Source of the DNA: Candidatus Poseidoniia archaeon
GTDB lineage: Archaea; Thermoplasmatota; Poseidoniia; MGIII; CG-Epi1
Direction: 5' to 3'
DNA length: 64,000 nt
NCBI GenBank assembly: GCA_030754655.1
Contig: JASLZX010000004.1
Location: forward strand, 30,095 to 94,094
Below the pieces are notes generated by a model. It was not told the DNA's origin. It saw nothing but the letters and a program-made list of their open reading frames with translations, and did not search any database. The position numbers were made by a program, and so were the translations under genes. Shown one piece after another: positions 38,925 to 48,499 of this stretch (the first letter of the stretch is position 1; each line of letters begins with the position of its first letter).

Positions 38925-40814
38925 ATGTCGCAATACCTAGTTTGGTTCCTGCTCTGGCTCTGCGTCTGCCTGATGCCTGTCGGTTACGACCGGGCCAGGT
39001 TCGGCGTCACGAAAATCAGGTCTGACTTTTCTGACCTTCCCGAATTCTTCCGAAACGCCCGCTTCGTCAGCGTCAGCGGCTTCATCCTTTTTCCGCTCGC
39101 CAGTGGCATATTCTGGGCGGTAGCGTTGGTCGGCTGGGCGGTATTCCAGGACTTTACCTTTGCGAGCTGGACTGGCTCCATCCTGGGAATCCTGTCACTC
39201 TCAATCGTTTTCCTGGTGGTGGGAACCGCGACTCGCTACATCACGGTCGGGTATGTCCGTGGCAAGAACCCTGACCTGGCCGACGTCACGGGGCACCTCC
39301 AGTATACCGGTCTCCGCCCGTTCGTCGCAATTGGCATTATCATTCTGCTGCTGGCGGCAAACATCACCCCGCAGATGGGCAATCTGGAGTTCAACCCAAT
39401 GTTCAGCGACCTGAACGAGAGTGTCGACAACACCGCCGCACCTGCCAACTACCTGACTGACCCCAACGAGGTTCGCGTCATTTCCTGGTACCTCGCCACG
39501 CAATATCTGGTGCGTTCGTACGGCGATTCAGCCTCCTCGCTAAGCACTGATGAGTGGGAAATGATGGAATACACCGACCCCACACTGGTCAACGGCGAAT
39601 TCGTCTGGGTCAACGCACCCAAGTTCGAGGCCTGGAAATGGACCGGGGGTAAGCAGGTGCCGTTCTACGTGACGGTCGCCAATGACCCTGCCAACATGTC
39701 GAGCGAAGGCTTCGATCCGGTCCGGAGTTCGGACGAGGGTTTCGCGGTCCACGTCTCGCAAATTAGCTGGGCAAACCGGATTGACCAGCTCCTGTTCGAT
39801 GATTACGCACTGGAACTGGTCAAGGTGCAGGTGCGCTTTGACATTGACGACGAACAGAACCCATTCTGGATTGTCTACCTCGGCCAGCGCGGCATCATTA
39901 GAGATGTCGTGACGCTGGAGAAAATCCTGATAGTCAACGCCCGTGACATCGACGACCATGCAGTCTACGATGTCGACGACCCGGAAATCCCGGCCTGGCT
40001 GGAGGTAGTCTACCCCGACTACTACGTCGAGGACTGGGCCAAACTGTGGGGCGAATGGCGGGAGGGCATCATCTATCACATGTTCACGAAAACGCACCTC
40101 TCCGTCCCGTCCGATTCGGCGCGCTTCATTGTGCTCAACGGGCAGACCTACTGGTACATCCCAATGACCCAGCTCAGCTCCGACGTGCTTGCGGGCTACA
40201 TCTTGGTTGACACTCGCAGCGGGGAAGCAGTGTACCACAACCGCGAGGCGAAGTCGCTCGCTAACCTTTACACTGCCGAGGAACAGGTCTATGCATACCT
40301 CGCCAGCGGTGCCGAGGGTTTCAGCCAGCTGCGGATTGACGAAGGCTACCTCTACCCGATTATGACAGATTCCGGCGCCGTGCGGGACGCCTATATATTT
40401 CCGCTCTACAGCGGCTTCTCAATCCAGAAATTCGCGCTGGTTGATGCGGAGGAGTATACGCAGACTCCCGTCCTCGAAACCAGCCTCGAGTCTGCCCTCA
40501 CGAAATACCAGTCCCGAGTCTGGGGCGAGGCGCAGGCGAACCTCAGCTATGACTGGGTCGAGTGGCGGCTCGAGAACGGCTATTGCGAGGAAGAGGAGTG
40601 TGTCGTGACTGCCGGTTCCGCAACTTACGTCATTACTGAGGACGACCTTGCGGGTGGCGCCATCAACGACGGCGCCAACGAGTGGCGCGAACTGAAGCTG
40701 GCGGTGAGCGAATTCGAGCGAACCGGCAACGCCACCATTTTCGTAACAGTCAATTCAAGCCTGGTGAACGACGTGGATTACGAAGGCTCCGATCTGGTGG
40801 AAAGGGAACAGTAG
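38925..40814 (+). CDS. Hypothetical membrane protein with large acidic extracellular domain
   Basis: 629-aa ORF with about four N-terminal TM helices and a TATA-like gttaaata about 25 nt upstream. Confidence 0.75.
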   Translation: MSQYLVWFLLWLCVCLMPVGYDRARFGVTKIRSDFSDLPEFFRNARFVSVSGFILFPLASGIFWAVALVGWAVFQDFTFASWTGSILGILSLSIVFLVVGTATRYITVGYVRGKNPDLADVTGHLQYTGLRPFVAIGIIILLLAANITPQMGNLEFNPMFSDLNESVDNTAAPANYLTDPNEVRVISWYLATQYLVRSYGDSASSLSTDEWEMMEYTDPTLVNGEFVWVNAPKFEAWKWTGGKQVPFYVTVANDPANMSSEGFDPVRSSDEGFAVHVSQISWANRIDQLLFDDYALELVKVQVRFDIDDEQNPFWIVYLGQRGIIRDVVTLEKILIVNARDIDDHAVYDVDDPEIPAWLEVVYPDYYVEDWAKLWGEWREGIIYHMFTKTHLSVPSDSARFIVLNGQTYWYIPMTQLSSDVLAGYILVDTRSGEAVYHNREAKSLANLYTAEEQVYAYLASGAEGFSQLRIDEGYLYPIMTDSGAVRDAYIFPLYSGFSIQKFALVDAEEYTQTPVLETSLESALTKYQSRVWGEAQANLSYDWVEWRLENGYCEEEECVVTAGSATYVITEDDLAGGAINDGANEWRELKLAVSEFERTGNATIFVTVNSSLVNDVDYEGSDLVEREQ

Positions 40815-40966
40815 TTTCGCAGCTCCGCCTCCGGGCGGCTACTAATAGCGGAGCCGCCGACCGGACGCCGGGAACTGGTAGCTCCGCACGGCCATTTCCC
40901 GATGACGAGGGTGGTAACCGGGATTGGCGACCGCAGGCTTATATCGCTTTTGAATCTCGCGGGGGG

Positions 40967-41719
40967 ATGGTTGCGCGACCGCTGCTGCTTGGAGGCCTCC
41001 TGCTTCTGGTGCTGGGGCTGCTGGGAGAATTCCTGATTTTCCCCGGGATGCTCGCGTCGGACGGTGGCGAGTTCGCGGCGCAAATCAGCAGCTCGGGTGA
41101 TATCGAGACCTTCAACGACTATGACGTGGGCGACAGTGTCACCATCGTTGACACGGTTGCCCGCATCCAGCTTGACGAAGGGCAGACCCGCGTCTGGCTC
41201 GCGAGTATCGGTGCTGCGGACACCGACATCGCGTTCCGTTTCAACGGCGACCTGCTCGCCGATTTCGCGCCGGACGACAGGGTCGTGATTGCCTTCGAGG
41301 TTGCCCAGATCGGCTCGGGCGAGACGCCCGCCGGCTATGAGACCAACGCCAACGCGCTGCCGGCCGACGCGATTACGCCGCGCTACTCATCGACGACCGA
41401 GATGGCGTTTGCGGGACTCGCGGCGCTCGGCCTCGGGCTCGTTGCCTTTGGTGGCTTCAACTCCTGGCGTGGCGGCGGCGCCCCGGAAGATGACTGGGAC
41501 GCGCCCGCTGCGCCCGCGGCTGTGCCCATGGCTGCACCGCTCGCGATGACACCTGCCGCTCCGGCGATGGCTGCCGCAGCTCCAGCTGCGGCAGCTCCGG
41601 TCGCGCAGCCGGTTACCATCCAGTGCCCTGCCTGCCAGGCCGGGCTCCAGATTAACGACCCGACGCGTCCGCTTAACATCACCTGTCCAGCGTGCCAGGC
41701 GGGGATGGTGGTGAGATAA
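40967..41719 (+). CDS. Hypothetical membrane protein with C-terminal zinc ribbon
   Basis: Signal/TM helix, acidic domain, second TM helix, Ala/Pro linker and CPAC...CPAC. Its stop overlaps the start of the binding-protein gene. Confidence 0.78.
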   Translation: MVARPLLLGGLLLLVLGLLGEFLIFPGMLASDGGEFAAQISSSGDIETFNDYDVGDSVTIVDTVARIQLDEGQTRVWLASIGAADTDIAFRFNGDLLADFAPDDRVVIAFEVAQIGSGETPAGYETNANALPADAITPRYSSTTEMAFAGLAALGLGLVAFGGFNSWRGGGAPEDDWDAPAAPAAVPMAAPLAMTPAAPAMAAAAPAAAAPVAQPVTIQCPACQAGLQINDPTRPLNITCPACQAGMVVR

Positions 41720-44016
41720 TGTACGAACGAAAACCCTTCGCAGCAATCATGGTCACGATGCTGTTCCTCACCGGTTGCCTCGGCACCGGCGGCGGCATCG
41801 GTTCCAACCAGAACCCGCAGTCGGTCGTCACGCTTACGGACGGCACAAATGTAGTCAATGTCGGCGACACAGTCCAGCTCGACGGCTCGCAGTCGTGGGA
41901 CGAGGACGGCGCCCTCAAGTCGTGGAACTGGGACTATGGCGACGGCCAGTCCGGTTCCGGCCAGATTGTGACGCACAAATACTTCCAGCCGGGCGAATAC
42001 ATTGTCGCGCTGGCGGTCACCGACGACAAGGGCGCGGTCGGCAACAACGACCACCGGCTGACCTACGTCACGGTGCTGCCGCTGGAGACCAGCGATTCCG
42101 GTTCGTCGCCGCCGACAGCGATGATTTCCGCCTCCGCCTCGGTCGTCAAGCCGGGCAGCACGGTCCGCTTCTCGGGCGCCGCCTCGTGGGGCTGGTCCGA
42201 CGGAAGCGCCTCGACCAGCGCGGTCACCGGCTGGCAGTGGCAATTCGGCGACGGGGCGACCGGCAACGGGGTCGAGACCACCCACGTCTTCGGCAGCGGC
42301 GGCGGGCTGACCAGCGACCGCACCACCGGCAACTATCCGGTCATACTGACCGTCACGGGCGAGAACGGTCTCACCAGCAGTGCGGTCTACACTATCCGCG
42401 TCATCCGCGAGAAAGCGGTAGCGGGCGAGGTGAAGAATCCCGACACGTTTACGACGGTCTCAATCGGTGACCCGCAGGAACTGGACCCGGCTCACGCCTA
42501 CGACACCGCCTCGGGCGCGGTCATCATGAACGCCTACGAGACGCTGGTCTGGTATGAGCGCGAGCGGACCGACAAGCTGAAGCCAATGCTGGCGACCGTG
42601 GTTCCGACGCAGGCCAACGGCGGCATATCGCCTGACGGGCTCACCTATACCTTCAATATTCGCCAGAACGTAAAATTCCACGACGGTTCGACGCTGACGG
42701 CCGACGACGTCGTCTTTTCGATAAAGCGGCTGGTGGTAATGAACCTTGCCGACGGCCCGGCCTGGATGTATACCGAAATCCTGAACGAGAGCGGCATCCA
42801 GAAGATTGACCAGTATACGGTCCAGTTCACGCTGACCGAATCGGCGCCGCGCTTCCTCTCGATTATGGCCTACAACGCCGCCGCCATCCTCTCGCAGAAC
42901 TGGGTTGCCTTCCGGGGCTGCGGCACCCCCATCGAGGGCGTCCCGTGCGAAAACATCGAGCGCGACGCCATGGGCACCGGCCCGTACAAGTTCGTCAAGT
43001 GGGTTCCCGACCAGTATGTGCTGATGGAATACCACCCCGACTACTGGGGCGGCTGGTCAATCGCCGAGCGCAAGGCTCAGGGCTACCCGGACGGCTTCAT
43101 CAAGACCGTCTACATGAAGAAGAACAACGACAAGGATTCGCGCATCTTGGAGCTGCTCGCAGGCGACGCCGACTTTGCATACGTCCCGATTGCCGATCGC
43201 GACAAGATTGATGGCAAGGATGGCATCCGTATCATGGAGGGGCAGCCGACCTTCAGCATGGGGTTCATCGGCTTCAACCATGATATCCAGAATTGGGAGC
43301 AGACCGCTCCCTCGTCCGACTTCTTCGCCGACATCAACGTCCGCAAGGCGTTCTGCTACGCGTTCCCCTACCAGCAGTTCATCACCGATGAACTGGACGA
43401 CCACGCGCTCAAGCCCAAGGGACCGGTCCCGGCCGGGATGCTTGGCTACAACGAATACGGTCCGGAATACGATTTCGACCTAGAGCAGGCTGAATACTAC
43501 TTCAAGGAAGCTGGTGTCTGGGACACCGGCTTCACGCTGACGGTCTACTACAACTCGGGCAACACCGCGCGTGAGAACGGGCTGCTGATGCTCGAGAACA
43601 ACGTCGAGTCGCTCAACGCCAAGTTCGACCTTGTGGTACAGGGGCTTGAGTGGCCCGACTACCTCGACAAGTTCATCCAGTCCGAGATGCCGCTCTTCTT
43701 CCTTGGCTGGGCGCCCGACTACGCCGACCCGCACGACTACGTCCAACCGTTCCTGCACAGCAACGGCCACTTCCCGTACTACCTCTCCTACCAGAATGAT
43801 GAGCTGGACCAGCTCATCATGGACGCCGCGCGCGAGACCGATGACGCGACCCGCATCCAGCTCTACGCCGACATCATCGACCTGGAGCACGAGGAGGCTA
43901 TCTACATCTGGACCCATCAGGGTATCACTTTCCACGTTGAGCGCGACTGGGTCGATGGCTGGTATTCAAACCCGATGTATGGCGGCACCTACTACTACTC
44001 GCTGAGCAAGGGCTGA
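41719..44016 (+). CDS. Oligopeptide/dipeptide ABC substrate-binding lipoprotein (family 5) with two N-terminal PKD domains
   Basis: Lipobox LTGC, WDYGDG and WQFGDG PKD motifs, LDPAHAYD, VKFHDG, GTGPY and GWAPDYADP. Confidence 0.92.
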   Translation: MYERKPFAAIMVTMLFLTGCLGTGGGIGSNQNPQSVVTLTDGTNVVNVGDTVQLDGSQSWDEDGALKSWNWDYGDGQSGSGQIVTHKYFQPGEYIVALAVTDDKGAVGNNDHRLTYVTVLPLETSDSGSSPPTAMISASASVVKPGSTVRFSGAASWGWSDGSASTSAVTGWQWQFGDGATGNGVETTHVFGSGGGLTSDRTTGNYPVILTVTGENGLTSSAVYTIRVIREKAVAGEVKNPDTFTTVSIGDPQELDPAHAYDTASGAVIMNAYETLVWYERERTDKLKPMLATVVPTQANGGISPDGLTYTFNIRQNVKFHDGSTLTADDVVFSIKRLVVMNLADGPAWMYTEILNESGIQKIDQYTVQFTLTESAPRFLSIMAYNAAAILSQNWVAFRGCGTPIEGVPCENIERDAMGTGPYKFVKWVPDQYVLMEYHPDYWGGWSIAERKAQGYPDGFIKTVYMKKNNDKDSRILELLAGDADFAYVPIADRDKIDGKDGIRIMEGQPTFSMGFIGFNHDIQNWEQTAPSSDFFADINVRKAFCYAFPYQQFITDELDDHALKPKGPVPAGMLGYNEYGPEYDFDLEQAEYYFKEAGVWDTGFTLTVYYNSGNTARENGLLMLENNVESLNAKFDLVVQGLEWPDYLDKFIQSEMPLFFLGWAPDYADPHDYVQPFLHSNGHFPYYLSYQNDELDQLIMDAARETDDATRIQLYADIIDLEHEEAIYIWTHQGITFHVERDWVDGWYSNPMYGGTYYYSLSKG

Positions 44017-44048
44017 GCGGTTTTTAGCGGCGGTTGCCTGCCGCTGCC

Positions 44049-46475
44049 GTGAAGCTGTGGCAATACGTGTTGCGGAGGCTGGCTTTCACCATCCCGGTGA
44101 TGCTGGGGGTGACGCTCATCACCTTCTCGCTCTCGAACCTGATGGGCGACCCGGTCGCACCCTACGTCACCGAGAAATCGACCCCCGAGCAGATTGAGGA
44201 ACTGCGCAAGCTGCACAACCTCGACAAGTCGCTCTCGGTCCGCTACTTCACCTACATCAACAACCTGCTCCACGGCGAATGGGGCTACTCGCAGACCATC
44301 AACCAACCGGTGTCGGATGCCATCGTGTTGAAATTTGCTGCGACTCTCGAACTTTCGTTGTTAGCATTCGCCGTCGCGGTCGCGACTGCATTACCGCTCG
44401 GCATCTTCTCCAGCGTCAAGCATAATCGCTGGGAGGACCACTGGATTCGGCTCTTCGCGCTCTTCGGCTCGGCGGTGCCAATTTTCTGGTTCGCGCTCAT
44501 CCTGAAATATTTCCTCGCCTTTCAGTGGGGCGACGCGACGCAGCTGCCACTGGGCTACCGCTACGACGCCATCCTGTGGGATTTGGAAGACCCGATTGAG
44601 CAACGCACCGGGTTGTTGCTGGTCGACGCGTTGTTGGCGGGCTCATGGATTCATTTCAAGGACGCACTGATGCATATGCTGCTGCCGGCAACAACGCTGG
44701 CGTATGCCTCCATGGCGACCACCATCCGGCTGATGCGCGGGAGCATGCTCGACGTGCTCGAGCAGGATTACGTGCGCACCGCGCGCGCCAAAGGGCTGCC
44801 CGAGCACAAGGTGGTCGTCAACCACGCTGCGCGCAACGCCATGATTCCGACCGTGACATTGCTTGGCCTCGCGTTCGGTGGGCTGCTCAATGGCTCGGTG
44901 CTGACCGAGACGGTCTGGCAATGGCCAGGGCTAGGATTATGGGCGGTGACCGCGATGCGCAACCTCGACACCGCTGCTATCCTGGGCTACACGCTCTTCG
45001 CCGGGATGCTCTACGTGCTCGCTAATCTCGTCGTCGACGTTGCCTACGCCTGGCTCGACCCTCGCGTTGAGCTGAGCGGCGATGTAGGGCTCGCCGAGTG
45101 GGTCATCGCCGGGATGGCCATCCTGCTGCTCGCCGTTACATGGCTAAGCGTCGACCTCGGTCTCGGCCTGGCCCAGCTGCTGCTCTACGCACTGCTGCTG
45201 GGTGCTCTGGTGGGGCTGGTGTGGCAGCTTCCATTGCGCGCCAGCTTTAGTGTCTGTGGAATTCTGGCGTTTGTAGATGCACTGCTGGCGGAGAGCGTGC
45301 TGGTTGAATACATCGCCTACTTGATGGCGCTGGCTGCCTTCGGTCTGGTGGCTTTGTGGCCAGGCCATCTGCCGCAACAGGACCATCGCGATTTCCTGGC
45401 GCGGCTGCAGGAATACCTGTGGGTGCCGCTACTGGCGGGAGGGACCGTGCTGGCGGTCCTCGGAATTTTCCGGGGCTACGCGACCGAGATGGTTCTGCTG
45501 TTCGTGCTGTTCCTGCTGGTGCGGCTGGCGCTCAACTGGCGGGATTTTGTTGCCGAAATCCCGCCACGCCGGGCAGAGCTGCGGCGCATGGCGCACCAGC
45601 TGCGGCGTAACCCGCTGGCGCTGCTGGGGCTATTCATCGCGCTCGCCATCCTGCTGGTCGCGCTCATGGCGCCATTCCTGGCGCCGCTCGAGCCGGGGCA
45701 GCGCGACGCCGACCGCATGGTTGAGCACTTCGAGTTCAACCACGACCTGCAGCCGCCCTGCTACTGGTCCTGCACTGGCGAGCGGGGCGAAGCCGACGGC
45801 TACATCCTCGGCTCGACCAGCAAGGGCTACGACATCTGGTACGGCATCATCTGGGGCAGCCGCACCTCACTCGACGTGGCGCTGAAGGTGGTCATCAGCG
45901 GCACCTTCATCGCCGTCGTGCTGGGGGTAATTTCGGGCTACTACGGCGGGCGCGTCGACGAAATCATGATGCGCATCACCGATGTCTTCCTTGCAATTCC
46001 GGGGCTGATACTGGCGCTGGCGATTGTGGCAGTGACGAATAATCCCTCGATTGAATACCTGATGTATGCGCTGATAATCGTCTGGTGGCCCGGTTTCACG
46101 CGCATCGTGCGGGCGCAGGCGCTCACCGTCCGCAACCTGCCATACGTCGAGGCGGCTCGCGCTGCCGGCGCGAGCGACTTCCGCATCATCTTCCGGCACG
46201 TACTGCCTAACTGCCTGACGCCGGTGGTCATCGCCGCGACAATGGACATGGGGTCAATCGTGCTGGTGCTGGCGGGGCTGGGCTACCTCGGCTTCGGCGG
46301 CGGTCCCGACCTAGCCGAGTGGGGCAAGCTGGTCGGCTACGGGCAGGAGCACCTGCTGGCGGGCGACTGGTGGGCGTTCTTCTTCCCGGGACTGGCGATT
46401 GCGCTCTGGGCGCTGGCGTTCTACCTGCTCGGTGACGGACTGCGGGATATTCTTGACCCGCGGCAGAGGGAATGA
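44049..46475 (+). CDS. Fused DppB-DppC type peptide ABC permease with extra TM linker
   Basis: The N-half has [11 protein letters not shown] and WLDPRV; the C-half has [10 protein letters not shown] and [11 protein letters not shown]; single uninterrupted frame. Confidence 0.9.
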   Translation: MKLWQYVLRRLAFTIPVMLGVTLITFSLSNLMGDPVAPYVTEKSTPEQIEELRKLHNLDKSLSVRYFTYINNLLHGEWGYSQTINQPVSDAIVLKFAATLELSLLAFAVAVATALPLGIFSSVKHNRWEDHWIRLFALFGSAVPIFWFALILKYFLAFQWGDATQLPLGYRYDAILWDLEDPIEQRTGLLLVDALLAGSWIHFKDALMHMLLPATTLAYASMATTIRLMRGSMLDVLEQDYVRTARAKGLPEHKVVVNHAARNAMIPTVTLLGLAFGGLLNGSVLTETVWQWPGLGLWAVTAMRNLDTAAILGYTLFAGMLYVLANLVVDVAYAWLDPRVELSGDVGLAEWVIAGMAILLLAVTWLSVDLGLGLAQLLLYALLLGALVGLVWQLPLRASFSVCGILAFVDALLAESVLVEYIAYLMALAAFGLVALWPGHLPQQDHRDFLARLQEYLWVPLLAGGTVLAVLGIFRGYATEMVLLFVLFLLVRLALNWRDFVAEIPPRRAELRRMAHQLRRNPLALLGLFIALAILLVALMAPFLAPLEPGQRDADRMVEHFEFNHDLQPPCYWSCTGERGEADGYILGSTSKGYDIWYGIIWGSRTSLDVALKVVISGTFIAVVLGVISGYYGGRVDEIMMRITDVFLAIPGLILALAIVAVTNNPSIEYLMYALIIVWWPGFTRIVRAQALTVRNLPYVEAARAAGASDFRIIFRHVLPNCLTPVVIAATMDMGSIVLVLAGLGYLGFGGGPDLAEWGKLVGYGQEHLLAGDWWAFFFPGLAIALWALAFYLLGDGLRDILDPRQRE

Positions 46476-47419
46476 TGTTACGCGTCGAGAACCTCGTCAC
46501 CCGCTTCCACACTTACGACGGTGTCGTGCGCGCGCTCGAAGGGGTCAGTTTCGAGGTGCACGAAGGAGAAATATTCGGGTTGGTCGGCGAGACCGGCTGC
46601 GGCAAGTCGGTCACCACCTATTCGACGCTGCGGCTGCTCCCCTCGACCGGTCGCGTCCACTCCGGCCGCATCACCCTCTCCGGCGAGTCGCTGCTCGACG
46701 CGAGCGAATCGCGGATGCGCGAAGTGCGCGGCGGCGAAATCGCGATGATATTCCAAGACCCGCTCTCGGCGCTCAATCCGGTGATGCGCGTCGGCGACCA
46801 GATTGCCGAGTCGGTATGGCTGCACGACGACCTGCCCGACGCGGACGCGGTCGCCGCGCGCGTTGAGGAAGTGCTGGGAGAGGTGCGGATGCCCGACCCC
46901 GCCGGCGCTGCGCGCGCGTTCCCGCACGAGCTTTCGGGGGGCATGCAGCAGCGGGTGATGATTGCGATGGCGCTCGCGGGGCGGCCGAAGATGCTGATTG
47001 CCGACGAGCCGACGACGGCGCTCGACGTCACCATCCAGAGTCAGGTCCTGCAACTGCTGCGGCAGCTGAAGCAGGAGGCGGGGCTGACGGTGTTGCTCAT
47101 CACACACGACCTTGGTGTCGTGGCGGAGCTGTGCGACCGCGTCGCCGTGATGTATGCCGGGACGATTGTCGAGACTGCCCCCGTCGAGGAGCTATTCAGC
47201 GACCCGAAGCACCCCTACACGGAGGGGTTGCTGGCGGCGCTCCCGGGCGCCAGCGAAACGCTGGCACCAGTGCCTGGACGCGTGCCTGATCTGCTCGCGC
47301 CGCCGTCCGGCTGCCGTTTCCACCCGCGCTGCCCGCTGGCGGTCGACCGCTGCCGAGCAGAGGCGCCGGAGCTGCGCGGCGACACGCGACAGGTGGCGTG
47401 CCACGAGGTCGAGCCATGA
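46472..47419 (+). CDS. dppD: Peptide ABC transporter ATP-binding protein
   Basis: [28 protein letters not shown] and GCRFHPRC motifs. Confidence 0.92.
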   Translation: MMLRVENLVTRFHTYDGVVRALEGVSFEVHEGEIFGLVGETGCGKSVTTYSTLRLLPSTGRVHSGRITLSGESLLDASESRMREVRGGEIAMIFQDPLSALNPVMRVGDQIAESVWLHDDLPDADAVAARVEEVLGEVRMPDPAGAARAFPHELSGGMQQRVMIAMALAGRPKMLIADEPTTALDVTIQSQVLQLLRQLKQEAGLTVLLITHDLGVVAELCDRVAVMYAGTIVETAPVEELFSDPKHPYTEGLLAALPGASETLAPVPGRVPDLLAPPSGCRFHPRCPLAVDRCRAEAPELRGDTRQVACHEVEP

Positions 47420-48384
47420 TACTGCGCACGCACGTACTGGCGAAGCATTTCCCCATCCGGGATTTCCTCGGCCGCGTCGAGGGGCAGGTCCGCGCGCTCG
47501 ACGGCGTTACGCTGACGCTGCCCGAAGGGAAGACGCTCGGCATCGTCGGCGAGAGCGGCTGCGGCAAGACCACGCTGGCGCGGACGCTGCTGGGTCTCGA
47601 GGCGCCGACCGCCGGTTCGGTTGAACTGGGACCGGCGCTGGCGGATGGCCTGGCGGGGGACCGGCTGGAGGAACTGCGGTTGGGCGACTTGCGGCGGCTG
47701 CGCCGACGCATCGGCGTCGTGTTCCAGGACCCGCTGGGGGCGCTGAACCCGCGCATGCTGGTCAAGGACCTCGTCACCGAGCCGCTGGTAATCCATGGCC
47801 AGACGCGGGGGCTGCGCGACCGCGCGCGCGAGCTGCTCGAGCTAGTCGGCCTCAACCCTGACCACCTCTACCGCTTCCCGCACCAGTTCTCCGGCGGGCA
47901 GCGGCAGCGCATCGTGATTGCGCGCGCGCTGGCGCTGGAGCCGCAGCTGCTAGTGCTCGACGAGCCGACCAGCGCGCTTGACGTCAGCGTGCAGGCGCAA
48001 ATCCTCAACCTGCTCCAGCAGTTGCAACGCCGCCTCGGCCTCAGTTTCCTCTTCATCTCGCACGACCTCGCTGTCGTAAAGCACATGTGTGATCGCGTCG
48101 CCGTGATGTATCTCGGCCGCGTCGTCGAGGAGGCGGACGCCGCGCAGATCTTCGCCAACCCGCGCCATCCCTACTCGCAGGCGCTGGTCAGCGCTACCCC
48201 CGAGCTGGACCCCGCAAGGCGACAGGCGCGTATCGTGCTCGAGGGCGACGTCCCGTCGCCCGCCGCACCCCCCAGCGGCTGCCACTTCCACCCGCGCTGC
48301 CCCATCGCGGTCGATAATTGTGCGGTGGAATACCCCGAGCTGCGCGAGGGCGATGGGTGCGCGGTTGCGTGTCATCTGGTTTAG
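47416..48384 (+). CDS. dppF: Peptide ABC transporter ATP-binding protein
   Basis: [24 protein letters not shown] and GCHFHPRC motifs. Confidence 0.92.
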   Translation: MILRTHVLAKHFPIRDFLGRVEGQVRALDGVTLTLPEGKTLGIVGESGCGKTTLARTLLGLEAPTAGSVELGPALADGLAGDRLEELRLGDLRRLRRRIGVVFQDPLGALNPRMLVKDLVTEPLVIHGQTRGLRDRARELLELVGLNPDHLYRFPHQFSGGQRQRIVIARALALEPQLLVLDEPTSALDVSVQAQILNLLQQLQRRLGLSFLFISHDLAVVKHMCDRVAVMYLGRVVEEADAAQIFANPRHPYSQALVSATPELDPARRQARIVLEGDVPSPAAPPSGCHFHPRCPIAVDNCAVEYPELREGDGCAVACHLV

Positions 48385-48422
48385 CGGAGCCCCTAAAAAC
48401 CGCCCCAAATACCGGCCCACGT

Positions 48423-48499
48423 GGGCCGGTAGATCAGCCTGGAAGATCGCCTGCTTTGCAAGCAGGAGGCCCCGGGTTCAAATCCCGGCCGGTCCACCA
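48423..48499 (+). tRNA. tRNA-Ala (TGC), CCA encoded
   Basis: Acceptor GGGCCGG/CCGGTCC with G3:U70, anticodon stem cctgc/gcagg around TGC, T-loop GGTTCAAATCC and 3' ACCA. Confidence 0.97.

Noticed and set aside
40815-40966. Possible ncRNA (gctccgc...gcggagc hairpin)
   Set aside because: No known family signature was recognised, and short GC stems are expected by chance.
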